A stretch of 64,000 nucleotides of DNA from Tubulanus polymorphus. Lineage: Eukaryota; Animalia; Nemertea. Each line of letters begins with the position of its first letter. Position 1 is the stretch's first letter. A program made the position numbers and the translations under genes. The stretch is taken from positions 12,485,950 through 12,549,949 of the forward strand of contig NC_134026.1 in NCBI RefSeq assembly GCF_964204645.1. The letters are read 5' to 3'. Positions 19,265 through 32,658 of this stretch are shown piece after piece. The notes beneath the pieces were generated by a model. It was not told the origin of the DNA, did not search any database, and saw nothing but the letters and a program-made list of their open reading frames with translations.

Positions 19265-21920
19265 CGGTTCCTGAACTTCGCTGAAAAAGCTGAAACACTG
19301 AAAAGCTGAAACGCTGAAATAAAAACGCTGAAATTTCAGGGAATTTCCGAAAAACGCCGAAATTTCAGGGAATTCCCGAAAAACGCTGAAATCGTGCTAG
19401 GTACCGACAATACACGTTTTGAAATTCTTTCCGGGCCGGTGTCCGCTGCCGAGTCCTGAACCGTCTTTTAGACTCTACCTTCGGTTACGGAGACATGCCT
19501 TGAGGTCGTCGTCATGTTCGACTTGATCGATTGCGGATTGCGTGGATTGTTAGATGTGTTTTTTGTTTTATGCGCATATACCGGTACGATCTAACAATGA
19601 AATTATCACTTCATTTGAATAAATTCTTAATTACAGTAATATTAATTCTCAATATTTTTTCTTATATTTGGTGATTTCTTCCAACTTATCATTGCCAAGT
19701 CTCATACAAAAGTAGTAGCTGAATGAAAGTACAGCTAGTAAGGCTGAACCTGATAACCCAAATTAAGTGCTATCATTATGACTACTTTGATTCTATTTTG
19801 GTGTGAATAAAGGTTCAACCGTCATAGTATACTGTACTTAGCATTACTACGATTGGGTGCCATATTTCTACAATCTCTTCAAGGAAGGAGTCTTGGAGTG
19901 TCTTTCGTTCCCGGGAAGGCATCCTCGCTTGCCAGGAGACCAGTATCGCTCCCAAACTCGCTTCCACCTGCCCCCTGGCCTCACGACGCGCGATTTCATT
20001 ACCGGCGTTTTAGCGAATGACGTCATATATCAACACGCGACAATACTTCCATTTTCGCTACGTATTCGCTGATTGGTCCATTTACCGGGAAATTCCATAG
20101 ATGCCAAATGTCGTTTGTAACAAGCGCTGTGATTGGCCCGACCTGATTCTGGTCGGCTAGTAACGACTCGAGGTCAAGCGGTTCGGAGAACAGCTTTAGT
20201 GTAGTGGGTTCGAATCCCTTGACAGGTGAAGATGCCGGGTAGGGTACGGGGTAAAACCTGGTTTACTTTCTCTGTCTACTTGCTGGAGACTACTATCTGC
20301 AATGTATTGCAAGTTTTTACTTGTCTGGCTTATGAGAGTCGAACAACGTTTTCCCATACACAGGCTTGGCTTTAGTACTAGATGAAGGCTAGGCACTGCA
20401 CATTGTGGATTGACTGGAACTCTAAACTCACAAAATTAAACGAGTCAACAAGAAAGATCCAATAATTTGACGTTTGTCTAATTATATTATTTAACAGCTT
20501 AAAATAATACTTAACACATTATAAGAATACACAAAAGAAATCAGTTCTTACATTATATCAGAATCAATAGTTCGCTTAACTCGGGCTTCAATTCTGGTTC
20601 CATTGCTTTATATTCTAATGAAATTCACTAGCATACCTTAGAATATTGCTTAGCTTAAGATAAAAAATTTGGTACCAGGAAAACGGGGAAGTAAAGTGGG
20701 TGTACTGTACATCCCCAATTGACTTATTTCTCTCTGGTTGAATCAAGTTATTACTGAAATAGCATTCGAATAGCCATTTTGTTTTTAAAAATTGTGTCGT
20801 TCAGCTATCCTGCTGCAAATTTCGCAGTTCAAGTTAACTAGTGCCATCTGATTTCTCAGTATCTCAAATTTGCACATTCTTAGCCCGAGTCTAAAAATAG
20901 AAAAAAAGTGCATTTAAAGTAGGAAATAAAAGAATAGTGGCTAACACACTCTGGAGATATAGCCTATGGGGTGGGCCTAGTTTGAAAGCACTGAGGTCCG
21001 AGGGAACAGCACTTAGTAAATAAATACTGAAATCAAACTTACAAAACACCCAATACTTGAGATGATGTACTTGACAAGAAGTGTGTCCAGCTGAGCAAAT
21101 CAACTTTATCTATGACTCCTCCTTTTATAGATACCGTAGTAGTCTAAAAATAAGAATCGGTACATTTTTCTAACAGTTGGTATGTCATTTAAAAAAAAAA
21201 AACCTATTATTATCACAACACAGCAAATAAATTTCAGTTGTTGAATGGTTTGCCCGATTTAGATTAATTGGTTGACGCTAATTAGTATGACCTATAAGTA
21301 GGGGCCTACTGCATGTCATTGGCGTCAATCCATTCCATTCCACGGTGAATTAAAAAGAAATTTAGTTAGATCCCTTTTGTCCAAAAGCTGCATCATTTAT
21401 ATAACTAGCTGTCAAATTTAATTTACCTCCTTCAGAGAATACCATAGTCCGTCGCCCATCAACGTGTTGACAAAAGAAAAGTTGCTTATAATCCTGTTTT
21501 ATACATGAACGATAGAAGTAAACCATATTCTTGGAATATTGAGCATAGTGTTTAAGTTGGCTTGCACGGTTTGTGAATGGGTTTTCCTCATCATGCTGCC
21601 TGTATGCATTAAAAATCCGGATTTCAAGCGAATTAATTTGTTCAACAAGTGGCCCTCTAGAAGTATACTCCACACATACTGCCCATGCATGTCTCTGTAA
21701 CCGAAGGTGGAGACTAAAAGACGGTTCAGGACTCGGCAGCGGATACCGGCCCGGATATTATTTCAAAACGTGTATTGTCGGTACCTAGCACGATTTCAGC
21801 GTTTTTCGGGAATTCCCTGAAATTTCGGCGTTTTTCGGAAATTCCCTGAAATTTCAGCGTTTTTATTTCAGCGATTCAGCGTTTCAGTGTTTCAGCTTTT
21901 TCAGCGAAGTTCAGGAACCG
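19265..21920. mobile_element. Non-autonomous TIR DNA transposon (Mutator-like), ~234-bp TIRs
   Basis: CGGTTCCTGAACTTCG...CGAAGTTCAGGAACCG; TIRs 19265-19498 and 21687-21920 rich in GCTGAAA units; 9-bp TSD CAATTTCAC. Confidence 0.9.
20150..20280 (+). mobile_element. Possible tRNA-derived SINE head
   Basis: Box A-like AGGTCAAGCGG (~20171) and box B GGTTCGAATCC (~20207) at tRNA-like spacing; no full cloverleaf or TSD seen. Confidence 0.35.
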
Positions 21921-23415
21921 CAATTTCACCTACGCTTGCATCCCATTTTACACCTAAGACTTTTACTTTTGACGATTACTCATCGACGCAATCAATTTCC
22001 GCCAAATGCTGAACGTCACGACTATTACTCGTCCACGAACGCAAGTTAAATCCACCTTTGCCTAACAGTTCCCGAGAATTCCTGTAGAAATCAGTTAACT
22101 CCGCCTGACTGTTCATGCTACTGATTACATTGTCCACGTAAACGTTCCTCTTAATTACGTCACTCGTCACGCTCGGATTCATGTCCAGATGCTTCAGTAC
22201 GGTAGCGTTAAGTATAAACGGCGAACACGTAGCCCCAAATAAAACGACTCGAAACCTGTACGTCACCAACTCACTGTTAGGATCTCCCGCATCTTTCAAC
22301 CAGAGAAAGCGGTTAAATTCTTATCTTCATCAGCCAATTCAATTTGAAGAAAAGCCTTCTCGTTATCAGATACGGCAGCAAACTGTCCTAAACGAAAACG
22401 CAACAAAATACCCAAGACATCGTTATGAAGAGACGGTCCTGCTTCCAAGCAGACCATTAAGCCACGTGGAATTGGTATTTTAAGGGCTATTCGGTTTGCT
22501 CCAAAACAAGTCTCTGATAAACAAGCTTCATATCAAAGCTGCGAAAGCAGCAGAAACCCTAATAAACTTGTTTGATCCTTAGTAATACAACAGCACCGCA
22601 GGTTTAGTAACAATAAAGTGGACAGAACAGAATTAAATTTTCATTTTAAGAGATTGATATATGAAATAAAACGTGCATTAAAACATCATATGCAAAGCTT
22701 CCAGTGAGTTCCGTACAGATTGAGACTGCCTAAGACTGGCTTCACAAGAGATTACACAAGAGATCACAAGAGATTAGGTTATTGTCATAACCTAGTATGT
22801 CATCATATCAACTCAGATTTTTTCTTATGAATATATAGACTGACCGCACCTCGCCGACTAATTGAGTCGTAATAAATTTCTTTTTATATATATTTGGAAC
22901 CTCGAATGTTTCGAGGGCTTCTTCAAAGTGGTCTGAGAATTCCTCGACTGATATGTCGTCTTCGCTGTTGAACTTTGGTAGTTGCGTTATGATGGTTCGA
23001 AGTTGTGATTCACCGCCCTCCCCCAGAAAATTTTGATTTTTAAAGGCTCCAGCGATGCCATTTTCTGCATTTTAACCTTGAAATATGAACAATACTTCCA
23101 CTGCTATTTTCCTGTGACTTCGTTCCTCGGGTCTTTTTTTTAACGACCATGGGGATGATGGCATTTTCCCTGATATATCATCTGAACCTGAAATACGTAT
23201 GAACACTGTCATTCCACATTCTGGAATTTGGAGTGAATTACTCCAATTTATTTCACACCGATTTCGAGAATTATTATATCAAACCGAACAAAAATAGCAA
23301 CACTTTATATCCATATGGCTGTTTTTTGAAATTTTATTATGCACAAAAAACCCACATAATTTCTAATACTTTTACTAAAATTTCATACTCTAACACTTGA
23401 TGAAGCAAACTCCAG

Positions 23416-23570
23416 GATTTTGATAATTTTAACCTCTGGGCCCGGTTTTATAGACTGGTATTATCTTTAACTCAGGGGCTAACTTAATTAATTTTCAATT
23501 GAGTTAACCCCCGGGTTAAAGTTGATACCAGTCTATAAAACCGGACCCAGAGGTTAAAATTATCAAAATC
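23416..23570. repeat. 155-bp near-perfect palindrome (MITE-like)
   Basis: GATTTTGATAATTTTAACCTCTGGGCCCGGTTTTATAGACTGGTAT...ATACCAGTCTATAAAACCGGACCCAGAGGTTAAAATTATCAAAATC. Confidence 0.85.
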
Positions 23571-24997
23571 ATACACTAAATTAGTTTTTTTCAAAAAATA
23601 GAAGTAAAATTCTAGAAAGGAGTGTTGAACAGATACTTTCACTGCATACAGATCAGCTACATGATTTAAATGGTTCAGTTATTTTGATTGAAATTCAACA
23701 GGTAAATGATACATAGATAATTATTGCAGAGCGGAGAACTAGAGTATAGTGAATTGCAATGAGACTACACTCTAAAACACACATATACACAAAAATTGGA
23801 GGCCACAGAGCCAATACTGTTATCTATTTAAGTAACTATAATACTGAGAACATTTTGACTGATAATCCTGTAAACAGGAGGGGTACCTACGTCTATAGAA
23901 CACATTAAACAATTTCGAAATTAAACACTATAATTTCAACAAGGTATATTTCTAAAAGGAAATATACTGCGACAGGTGGTTTTGTTAAGTTATATGACAA
24001 TAAAATTAATAGGCTCAAGAAATATAAGTGTTGTAGTCCTGTAGGCATTAGTTATAAAGAATGAATGATCAATAATTAAAGAATGAACAATTGAAAGTAT
24101 GAAAATAAATGAAACAAGTTTATTTAAAAAGGAAGCACCACAATGTCAATATAACGTGTAATTAGAAAGGAAATATTACATTATTTACATAATCAAACAG
24201 AATAAAATGAAATATAAATTGTAGCAAGAGTCACCAAACATCAAGAATTAGCCTTACACTGAATGTAGGCTTATGTGTACACCTTTATGAAATTGCATCT
24301 AAATTTGAATTGTAAAAAATTAAATCTTAGCAAGAATTAGAAATATACTGTGAAGATTGGCTTGCAATATTTAAAAATGAATGTTAAGATAAGAAGTAGA
24401 AACCACATTGAACTGAACTTCAAACCTTTAAGCATGAGTAGATGTTTAAATAACATCAGAGATATATAGTTATATACAAAAATAAGCTGTAAGAATCAGA
24501 AATATCCGTAATAAGATAAGATAATTACAAACAGAACTAAATCTAGTGTCCGCACCGTCAGATAGAAGTCTATTAATTTACAAAAATACATATTAAATGT
24601 AAGAATTAAAAATCAGATTACATAATTTCATGTGAAGCTAACTCTTAAGCTTAACAGAAATTACAGTCAAGATGCAACAGTTTCATGCAAAATCAAAGAG
24701 AAATCTAGTAAGGTACAAAATATTACTCTACATGTATGAATCAGAAATCAGAGTAAAGATTGTCTTAAACTATGCAAAATTTACTCTGAAGCTTATCAAA
24801 AATTACAGTCATGATGCAACAGTTTCATGCAAATGTGATGTATGTAGCTTTCGGAAATTAGTTTGACTGAATGAAGACACTTCCGTTTAGAGTACAATGA
24901 ATGGCGTTAGAGTTCATTGATAATCGGCCAGCAGGAAACGTCACATTCTTGGCGACGAGGAAAATTTAATATCGTTCTCCAACCGAGTGTAGAAGGA

Positions 24998-25900
24998 ATG
25001 AGTATGGCTTCTGCTTATATCGGTTCGATAAATGAGTATTCTCCGCAAAAGGAAGAATGGAAAAACTATCAATGTAGACTCGAGGCGTGGATGAGGGTAA
25101 ATAAAATTTCAAATGAAAGCAAAACAGACGTCCTTCTATCAATGATTGGGCCTGAAACTTTCGAACTTTTAGTAAATCTAACCATGCCAAAGGCTCCTTC
25201 CGATGAAAAATACGAAGATCTCACAGCCTTGTTAGAAGCTCACCACAAACCTCCGTCCACAACAATGGGTGAACGGTACAAATTTAATATGAGGCGCCAG
25301 TCCTCGACAGAGACTTTGTCGGAATACAGTGTAGCTCTGAAGAAACTTGCTTTGTCGTGTGAGTTTGGAGTATCCCTGGAGGATCAACTCCGACGAAATC
25401 GGTTTGTCGCTGGAATTAGAAGTGAACCTATCCGCAAAAACTACTTGGTTCGTCAAAATTAGTTTGGAAAGAAGCATGCAAGGATGCCCTTGCTATGGAA
25501 ACGGCATCCCTGGTGTCAAAGCAGATGTCAGTCGGGTCGACTTCGAATCCCAGTGAAGGCGATGTTAATATGGTCAAATCGCGTACCGGTAATAATAATA
25601 GTAACTTTGGTAGAAAGCTGCAGATTAATCAACAGTGCTTTCGTTGTCACGGAACGGACATTTAGTGGACAGTTGCAGATTTCGTGGATCTGAATGTCAC
25701 AAATATAATAAAACTGGGCACATCGCGAAAGCATGTCGTACAAATTTGAAAAACACCGATAGGAGAAAAACCGCCGCTCGTGTTAACAATCGTACAAGCA
25801 GATCGTTTCATGGTGGTGCTACTTCGTATCTTCAAGAAAATTCTGTTGCCGATACAGATAATGATTACAACACTAGTTTTGACGACTTGTACACCGTGAA
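24998..25900 (+). pseudogene. Gypsy gag with two zinc knuckles, frameshifted
   Basis: ERYKFNMRRQ..ETLSEY..L..LA..CEFG; CFRC..H...C and ECH...GHIAKAC. Confidence 0.85.
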
Positions 25901-25959
25901 TGGTAAAACTGGCAATTGTAAAAATGTAATCAAGGGTTACACTGCAGAGATAGTTAAAC

Positions 25960-27290
25960 AGGAAACCGATGATATATTTTTCAGAGCTAGACCTACACCG
26001 TATGCATTATTAGACAAGGTATAAAACAATCTTAAAAGATCTGTTGAAATGAATGTTATGAGTACAGTTGAGACTAGCAAATACTCGAGTCCAATTGTAG
26101 TTGTCCCAAAAAGAAATGACGATGTGAGAATTTGTGGTGATTTTAAGGCGTCTATCAACAATTTCATCAATAGTGGCCTTTATCCCCTGCCCACACCAGA
26201 GGACATTTTCTCAAAACTAAGTGGATGCAAATACTTTTCAAAGATTGATCGTTCAAATGCGTATCTTCAACTGGAATTATCTGATAAGTCCAGAGAATTG
26301 TGCACTGTTAATACACCATTTGGTCTTTTTAGGTACAACCGTTTTCCATTTGGAGTCAAAACATCTCCAGTTATTTAGAGATTTATGGACAAACTACTCG
26401 TATTCCACAGGCAGCAGCAAGCCAAGACGATATATTGCTTGCTACTGTTACTGCAGAAGAACATGTGAGATTGTTGAGAGAAATTTTTAGTAGATTACGT
26501 AAACATAATGTTACTGCAAGTTCTAGTAAATCTCGGTTCTTTGTACCTGAAGTAGAGTATTTAGGTCACAATGCAGATAGTGAAGGTATTCATCCAACAT
26601 CCAAGAATGTTGAAGCTATACATGCAGTACCTACTCCTAGCAGTGTTTCTGAGTTGCGGACTTACCTTGGCATGTTAAATCATTATGGTAAATTCTTACC
26701 AAACCTGTCTACGTTATTGTATCCTTTACATCAATTTCTCAAAAAGGATGTTAAATATGTGTGGAGTTCAGAATGTGAAAAGGCATTTTTGGAGTCAAAA
26801 AGGTTGTTGACAAGTAACCAGTTATTAGTACATTTTGACCCTAAGGCAGAGCTAGTTCTAGGCTGTGATGCGAGTCCGTATGGTTTAGGTGCGATTCTTT
26901 CTAAAAAGTTTCCAGATGGCTCAGAGAAACCCATAGCATATGGTAATCGTAGTTTGACTCCTGCAGAATGCAATTACTCCCCAATTGAACGTGAGGCTCT
27001 TTCAATCATTTACGGAATCAAACACTTCCACAAATATCTATACGGTAAAAAGTTTCTGTTGGTCACTGACCACAAACCTCTTGTAACAATTTTTGGTTCG
27101 AAAACAGGGGTTCCGGCCCTGGCAGCTCTGCGTCTGCAAAGGTGGTCACTTATTTAATGGCATACGATTACGAAATTGTGCATAGAAGTGGTAAAGATCA
27201 TGAAAACTGTGATATGTTGTCTAGATTTCCTAATCATAATGCTGAGATGGAAGCAGTGGAACTGGATATTAATTATTTTACGTATTATTG
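25960..27290 (+). pseudogene. Gypsy pol remnant (RT + RNase H); protease and integrase missing
   Basis: SPIVVVPK..VRICGDFK, YPLPTPEDIF, NTPFGLFRYNRFPFG, YLGH, CDASPYGLGAIL, NYSPIEREAL, TDHKPL, RLQRW. Confidence 0.92.
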
Positions 27291-28003
27291 TCGTTATTGT
27301 CACATTGATCACATTTCCCTGTAGTGAAAATGTTCATGTAAATAGTAGTCGTGAAGATGATGTAGACAATCGACAAGATGATATGCCTAGTGTTACTGTA
27401 CCAGTGATACCTCCAGTCAATACTGATCTGGGTACTCAACAAGGTTTAAACCCAGATGTTGAGAGTGGAGTTAGAAGCTCAGGTGATTTGGTTGAAGTTT
27501 CTGATCAACCCCAAGCCCATAGTGTTCCTTTAACTGTCAGGAAATCCTGTCGTGTTTCTGTACACCTAAGAGGCTGATCGAAGAAACTTAAATGTGGATT
27601 TCCTGGGTTTTATTATGTCAGTTTTTCTTATAATTACATTTTAAGATGTTAATATGGAGCTTATGCATTTTAAGATAACTCCTAGTTCTTTTAACTAGTG
27701 TGGAGGAGTGTGATGTATGTAGCTTTCGGTTAGAAACCAAGAGTGAAGGTTACACAATATGATGCAAAACCAGATCTAGGCTAAAAAAGCCAAATCAGAG
27801 ACAATGCTAGTCAAGTATTAAAATGAACTCTAAGAAATATATGTAGAAAGCAGTCAAAATGTAAAAAGTTAAAACATAACCAGATGAAGATTACACAATA
27901 TCATACAAAACCAGATCTCGGCTTAAAAAGATTGAGTAGTGAAGATTTTCAATATTTCTAAATTAGACGAAAATTGTCGGAAGCATTCGGAATAGTTTAT
28001 GAT

Positions 28004-30983
28004 TTATGCTGTTATCTGCTTTTTGGTAAGTGGCTCATCTCGGTGAATGAAACAATTTTTGACAATACAAGAGTCGAAATTGCCACTGATCTGAATAGGA
28101 GTTTGGTTTGAGATGGCTTTGAGAAGTAATTCGCGGATGTTTTCGACGGACCATTCAATATTGTCTTGAAGATCGCTTATCAATTGATTTAATTGCTGGT
28201 GGAACATAGTCCACACTTTCAACTCATTGTTGATAATGAAACCAAGTTTTACTCGATAAATCATCAGTCCTGTGTTTGGTGAATATTGTAAGCATTTAGG
28301 GCACTTATTCGTATCGTCAAGTTTCTTGCGCAAGCAGTTTTTTCGCAGACAGGTATAATATGAATAAACTGAATCTAAAGCGACTGGAATAGCTCTGTGG
28401 TAATGAATGTTAGATTCAGATGCTGCAGGACAATCACCTTCGTCGGAGAGATCATCTGTATCAGAGATGTTAGCAATATCAGGATACACTTGTGGAGATA
28501 ATATCTGAAAGTGAAGAAACAAAAGTAAAAGGTGACTGTTATGTTCTATCATATAAGAAATGACATAGTTAAATATTTGTTGATACTAGTAGTGTAATAA
28601 TCATGATCCATGTAGGTCAATAAATGACTAATTAGAATATCTGTATCAAAGAGATTAGGTATGAAAGAACAAGATATTATCTCCAAGGAAGCGTTCATTG
28701 CTTTTGCAAGTATGGTTTTTTTGTTAAAAGACGTTTTATGGCAATTCTTTATATTCACAATATCTCCGGGTGAAACAGATGACGATGCTACAGGAGGCCA
28801 CAAAGATATTTTACACGAAGTAGATTGATCCTTTATGTGAAGATTTCTTAATTCTATTTCTTCCCGGGTTTTGCGGTTCGTAACTGTTTTGGTTGGAGTA
28901 ACCTGAAAAATAAGTATTGAAATTGGAAGATGTATCATACTGCAGTATGACAATGATAAAAATAAATGGGTAGTATTATACTACTAGTAGAACTCGGTTA
29001 AGTCAAATCACTAGGGACCAGCAAATTTTGCCACAATTATACAAAAACAAAAATGATGTGGTCTCATTTGAATAGAAATAACCTAGAGGGGACTGGAATT
29101 TTAGTCTTTAATCAGTGAACATCTGAATTAAAGTGATCTGAATTAAACAAGTTATATATACTGTATGAGAAATACATTGTCCTTATGTAATAATGGTAGA
29201 AGGAATATGAAACATTATCATTTTTGAAATACAGGTGTGTATAATCTATTTCAAGTAGACTTGAGAGAACATCGGGTGTCCTAGGCCACATGATGTCATC
29301 TCAAGTCAACTTGAAATAGACCTTTAGAGTAAAAGATTAAAGCAGTTAAAAGTTAATGATATGTTAATGATACACAAATATTGAGGACATACTTTATGTT
29401 AGTATGGAAAGATGGCAGCACCAATCAAGAAGTAGAAAAGTGAATACAATAGCATGTAATTTTCCAAAAACAGAGGGTTATACACGGGTGGATAATACCT
29501 GATTTTAATCTCAAATCATCAATGACAAAACCCAATTGTTCATCATAGCTTTTAATCAAATTAAACTTGTGTTCCCTTTTTATATAAGAAGTTAAGCCAA
29601 TGAGCTTATTTTGTATGGATTTTTAGGCAGAATAATTGATTAAAATGATAATCAATAGTGAAGGGTGGCTACATATTGGCAGAAAAGATGCTTATATTCA
29701 GAAACAAGAGGACTTCAAAGTCCTGGGGTTCGAAGAAGCAAAGTCTGATGTACAAATAATAAATTACATAGAAGAATGGCAAATTATGAAAAGAAATTGA
29801 TATTCCATTAGAAAAGTTTGCTTAAAAAAATTCAATTTGTTTTCCATTTGCATTGCGCACGTGGTAAATGATATGCTTTGTAATTATATTAAGGTGTAAT
29901 AAAGTTATTTTGAATTGAATTTTGAATTTGAATTGTTTATATCTGACGTAATCGATAAAATTTTGCGCGCAGCTGATCTTGCCTGCCAATCAACATAATT
30001 GGTCTACACTAAAAATACGCTTACTTGAAAAACTATGTAGTGTATCAATCTAGAATTTTCGGCACAATATCCGATGCTAAATACCTTACTTTAAAGGTTG
30101 ATTTGGTGAAAATCGGATCACAAATATCTCTAACATTTCGTTCTTAACTTTTGAAGTGGAAGCCGGTGTCGGCATCAACGTGTGTATGTCTGTACGTACG
30201 GGTACTGGCGCTTTAACAGGCTCAGCATTGATGGTGTATTTATGCGCTAGTCGTTGTAATGATTTGTTTTGACCAACCGCTAAATCGGCATTCATTACGC
30301 ATGATTTTAGAAAATGATATTATTCAGAGTATTTGAATATATCTATCAAGATAATTATAATATTCTTAAGACAAGTGAATTACGTATGTGGACGTATTTC
30401 ATTGAGGCGTATCACTCAATCTGAAAAAAAATCTTCCGATCCTGTCACGTGACTTCATGACTGCAACTTGACGATAGCTTAGGTTCTCGTTCTTCGAACC
30501 AATAAGCAATAGAAAGGCAAAATAGAATCATCGAAAAAATTAGTAGCAATTTACCTTCGTTTCTTTAACACAAATGCTGCTCTTTCTCGGAGATGACATG
30601 GCTTCAGCGATTGAAGTAAAAGAAGACGAAGAAAGCAGCATCAGTTCAGTGATGGAGGCAGGAACATCCAATGATGGTCTCTCCAGACAAGTGGACTTAG
30701 ATGTGAGAATTATAGTTTCGTCTTTGAACAGATAATTAGTCAGTAATACAGTTTTAAGCTCACGCAGTAGTGAAAATGCAGCTTGTTTGTAGTACACAAT
30801 GACAATGAGAGTTTGGTTATCAGTGGCAGTGCATTCTTTTATCGCTCGGAGGTTGCCTTGTCGATCAGTAAAGTGATTTGAGTTGTTTTCCTTGACAATA
30901 GTTAATTGGATTGGTTTAGAGATGAGATCATCAAGGTCATGGTTGTCCAGTTTAGATAAGTCTTCAATTTTGAATAAATCCAT
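28004..30983 (-). pseudogene. Spliced RPA70-like (three OB-fold) ssDNA-binding gene, probably Helitron cargo; exons 30983-30555, 28902-28681, 28504-28004
   Basis: Each exon is preceded by TTTCAG and joins are phase 0. GTAAAT donor after exon 1; second donor reads AT. LRNLHIKDQSTSCKISLW is OB-like; YYTC..NC..KKL....CPKC is a zinc ribbon like RPA1 OB-C. Confidence 0.65.
29245..29320. repeat. 76-bp hairpin / tiny MITE in intron
   Basis: TCTATTTCAAGTAGACTTGAGA...TCTCAAGTCAACTTGAAATAGA. Confidence 0.7.
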
Positions 30984-31358
30984 CTGAAAGATGTGAATAT
31001 AGAATAGAATCAAATCAAATAGTTTAATACTACAAAGAATATATAACCACATGTTAATAATATAGGTAAGTAGACCATGCATAAGTTGGACACGTGAATG
31101 TCGAAAAAATGCATAGGGATCATTCATTTATTATGTAACGCAGTCTCAAATGTTTTGTGACTTTCTCAAAATGTATCAAAAATTTAACTAATTTTTAGTT
31201 CATAAGTCCTCAAATATTCATAAATGAACAGTTAAAAATTGTTGAAACATGTCGACTCTGCCGTAAATCAACCTATTAACAGTCCGGAATTTGGGATAAT
31301 ATTGGGCTCTAGAGAACATAATGCCCCCGCTGTCTTCACATTTACAGAAAAGATTACA

Positions 31359-31585
31359 GGAATATTCCTCCCAATGTCAATCGATGGAAACTTGACCAAG
31401 GGGTCCGATATTTTAACAATTGACTTTGGGAGGAATATTCCTCCCAAGGTCAAATGAAGAGAATTTGACCTTCAGGTCTGATATTCAAAGTATCGACTTC
31501 GGGAGGAATGTTCCTCCAAATGTCAAACGAAGGAAACTGGACCTGGTCTGTTATTCGAAATATAGACTTTGGGATGAATGTTCTT
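31359..31585. repeat. Subterminal ~70-bp tandem units with palindromic core GGGAGGAATATTCCTCCC (mirrored at ~37488-37780)
   Basis: The 18-bp palindrome, extended by TGACTTT/AAGGTCA, recurs about four times in each TIR. Confidence 0.85.
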
Positions 31586-32349
31586 GAAAACCATTAAACG
31601 CTAAAAACCTGAGCTTTTAGAATTATAGGTATATATATATTAATTATATTGGTGTAATAATTGTTTTAATAAGTAGTATACTATAGCGACGACACCAGAC
31701 ATATTAAGGCAATTTGAGTGATAATGTACACGGTATTTGAGGGTCTGCGACGAATGATTTTTAGAAAGTTGAATAGCTGTAGTGCAGGTTCTAATAATGA
31801 TCCTAATATAGTCTAGTTATAGTCAATATGACTAGTTTTTCTTCATTGATTGACGTTGGGAGGTCTAGATCAAATTATATTGTTAATAAAATCAATTATT
31901 TTACAACTGCAAATTCACATTTGATATTGATAGTGTGCTTTGCATGAGTATAAAATTAACACAAGCTGAAAGAATCGAAATTTAAATACGTGGATGATAA
32001 AAATCAAGTTAAAAGGTGTAGGGGCGGAGAGATCTGGCGAAAAAAAAACAGTAATGGGCGCAAAATGGACCCGTGCCTAATTACCCGACCAAAAACGACG
32101 GACCAGACCTGAGTCAAATTAAGCGTGTTCATTCAAACTGGTTCTGGAAGTCAGTCACTTCGCTTCGTTTAAGTATGGACTCGTTTTAGATTCCATGGTT
32201 TAAGCATTGTTTAGTAACGAATGAATGGGTTTGAATTTGAATGTGAAATGAATTTGAACATGAAAATCGGCGCGCTCTTTGGTAAGCCATGCGTAAAATT
32301 TAAGTCGGACCTGATTCGAGCCAATTTAGCCCCTACAAATCGTCTCTAT

Positions 32350-32658
32350 AGCCGCGATCACACGTGTATTTTTGCCCCGGGCCAAATTTGGCCCGGAACA
32401 ACTGTTCACACGGGTGCCAAATGGGCCCGAGCCTTTTTGGCCCGGACCAAATTTGGCCCGACCAAAACGTCGGACCAGGCCCGAGCACCAGACAAATGAC
32501 TGCGTTTGAATTGCAACTAGCACCGTAAATGATCCACTTCGCTTTTAGTATCGAGTGAATGGTTTGCGTGTGAACGCGCTCTCTAATTACCAAATTTGGC
32601 CCGAGCCTGATCGGTGCTAATTTGGCCCGGGCCAAATCGTCTCCGTGTGATCGCGGCT
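32350..32658. mobile_element. Harbinger-like MITE
   Basis: AGCCGCGATCACACG...CGTGTGATCGCGGCT, 3-bp TAT flanks, internal AAATTTGGCCCG repeats; an older relative lies at ~32020-32345. Confidence 0.75.

Larger units (their letters stand above)
18830..22480 (-). pseudogene. BEL/Pao LTR retrotransposon RT-RNase H remnant, interrupted at 19265-21920
   Basis: CLEAGPSLHNDVLGILLRFR, DNEKAFLQI, RFLW, FGATCSPFIL, YVDNV, TKRMILSDSAKVYDPLG, LHV(F)ADASEKSY, APVKPLTVPQLEL. Confidence 0.92.
24834..27729 (+). mobile_element. Degenerate Gypsy LTR retrotransposon, internally deleted
   Basis: 5' LTR TGTGATG...GTCACA (24834-24945), PBS TGGCGACGAGG (24950-24960), PPT before 27709, and only 21 bp of the 3' LTR (27709-27729). 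Confidence 0.9.

Noticed and set aside
20150-20230. tRNA gene
   Set aside because: Box A/B-like motifs are present but I could not fold acceptor and anticodon stems; at best a SINE head.
28985-29165. Tc1/mariner-like MITE remnant
   Set aside because: Ends are too degenerate to pair and no convincing TSD is visible.
31359-31585. CRISPR-like palindromic repeats with spacers
   Set aside because: The spacers resemble each other and the array is mirrored in the opposite TIR, so it is a subterminal minisatellite.
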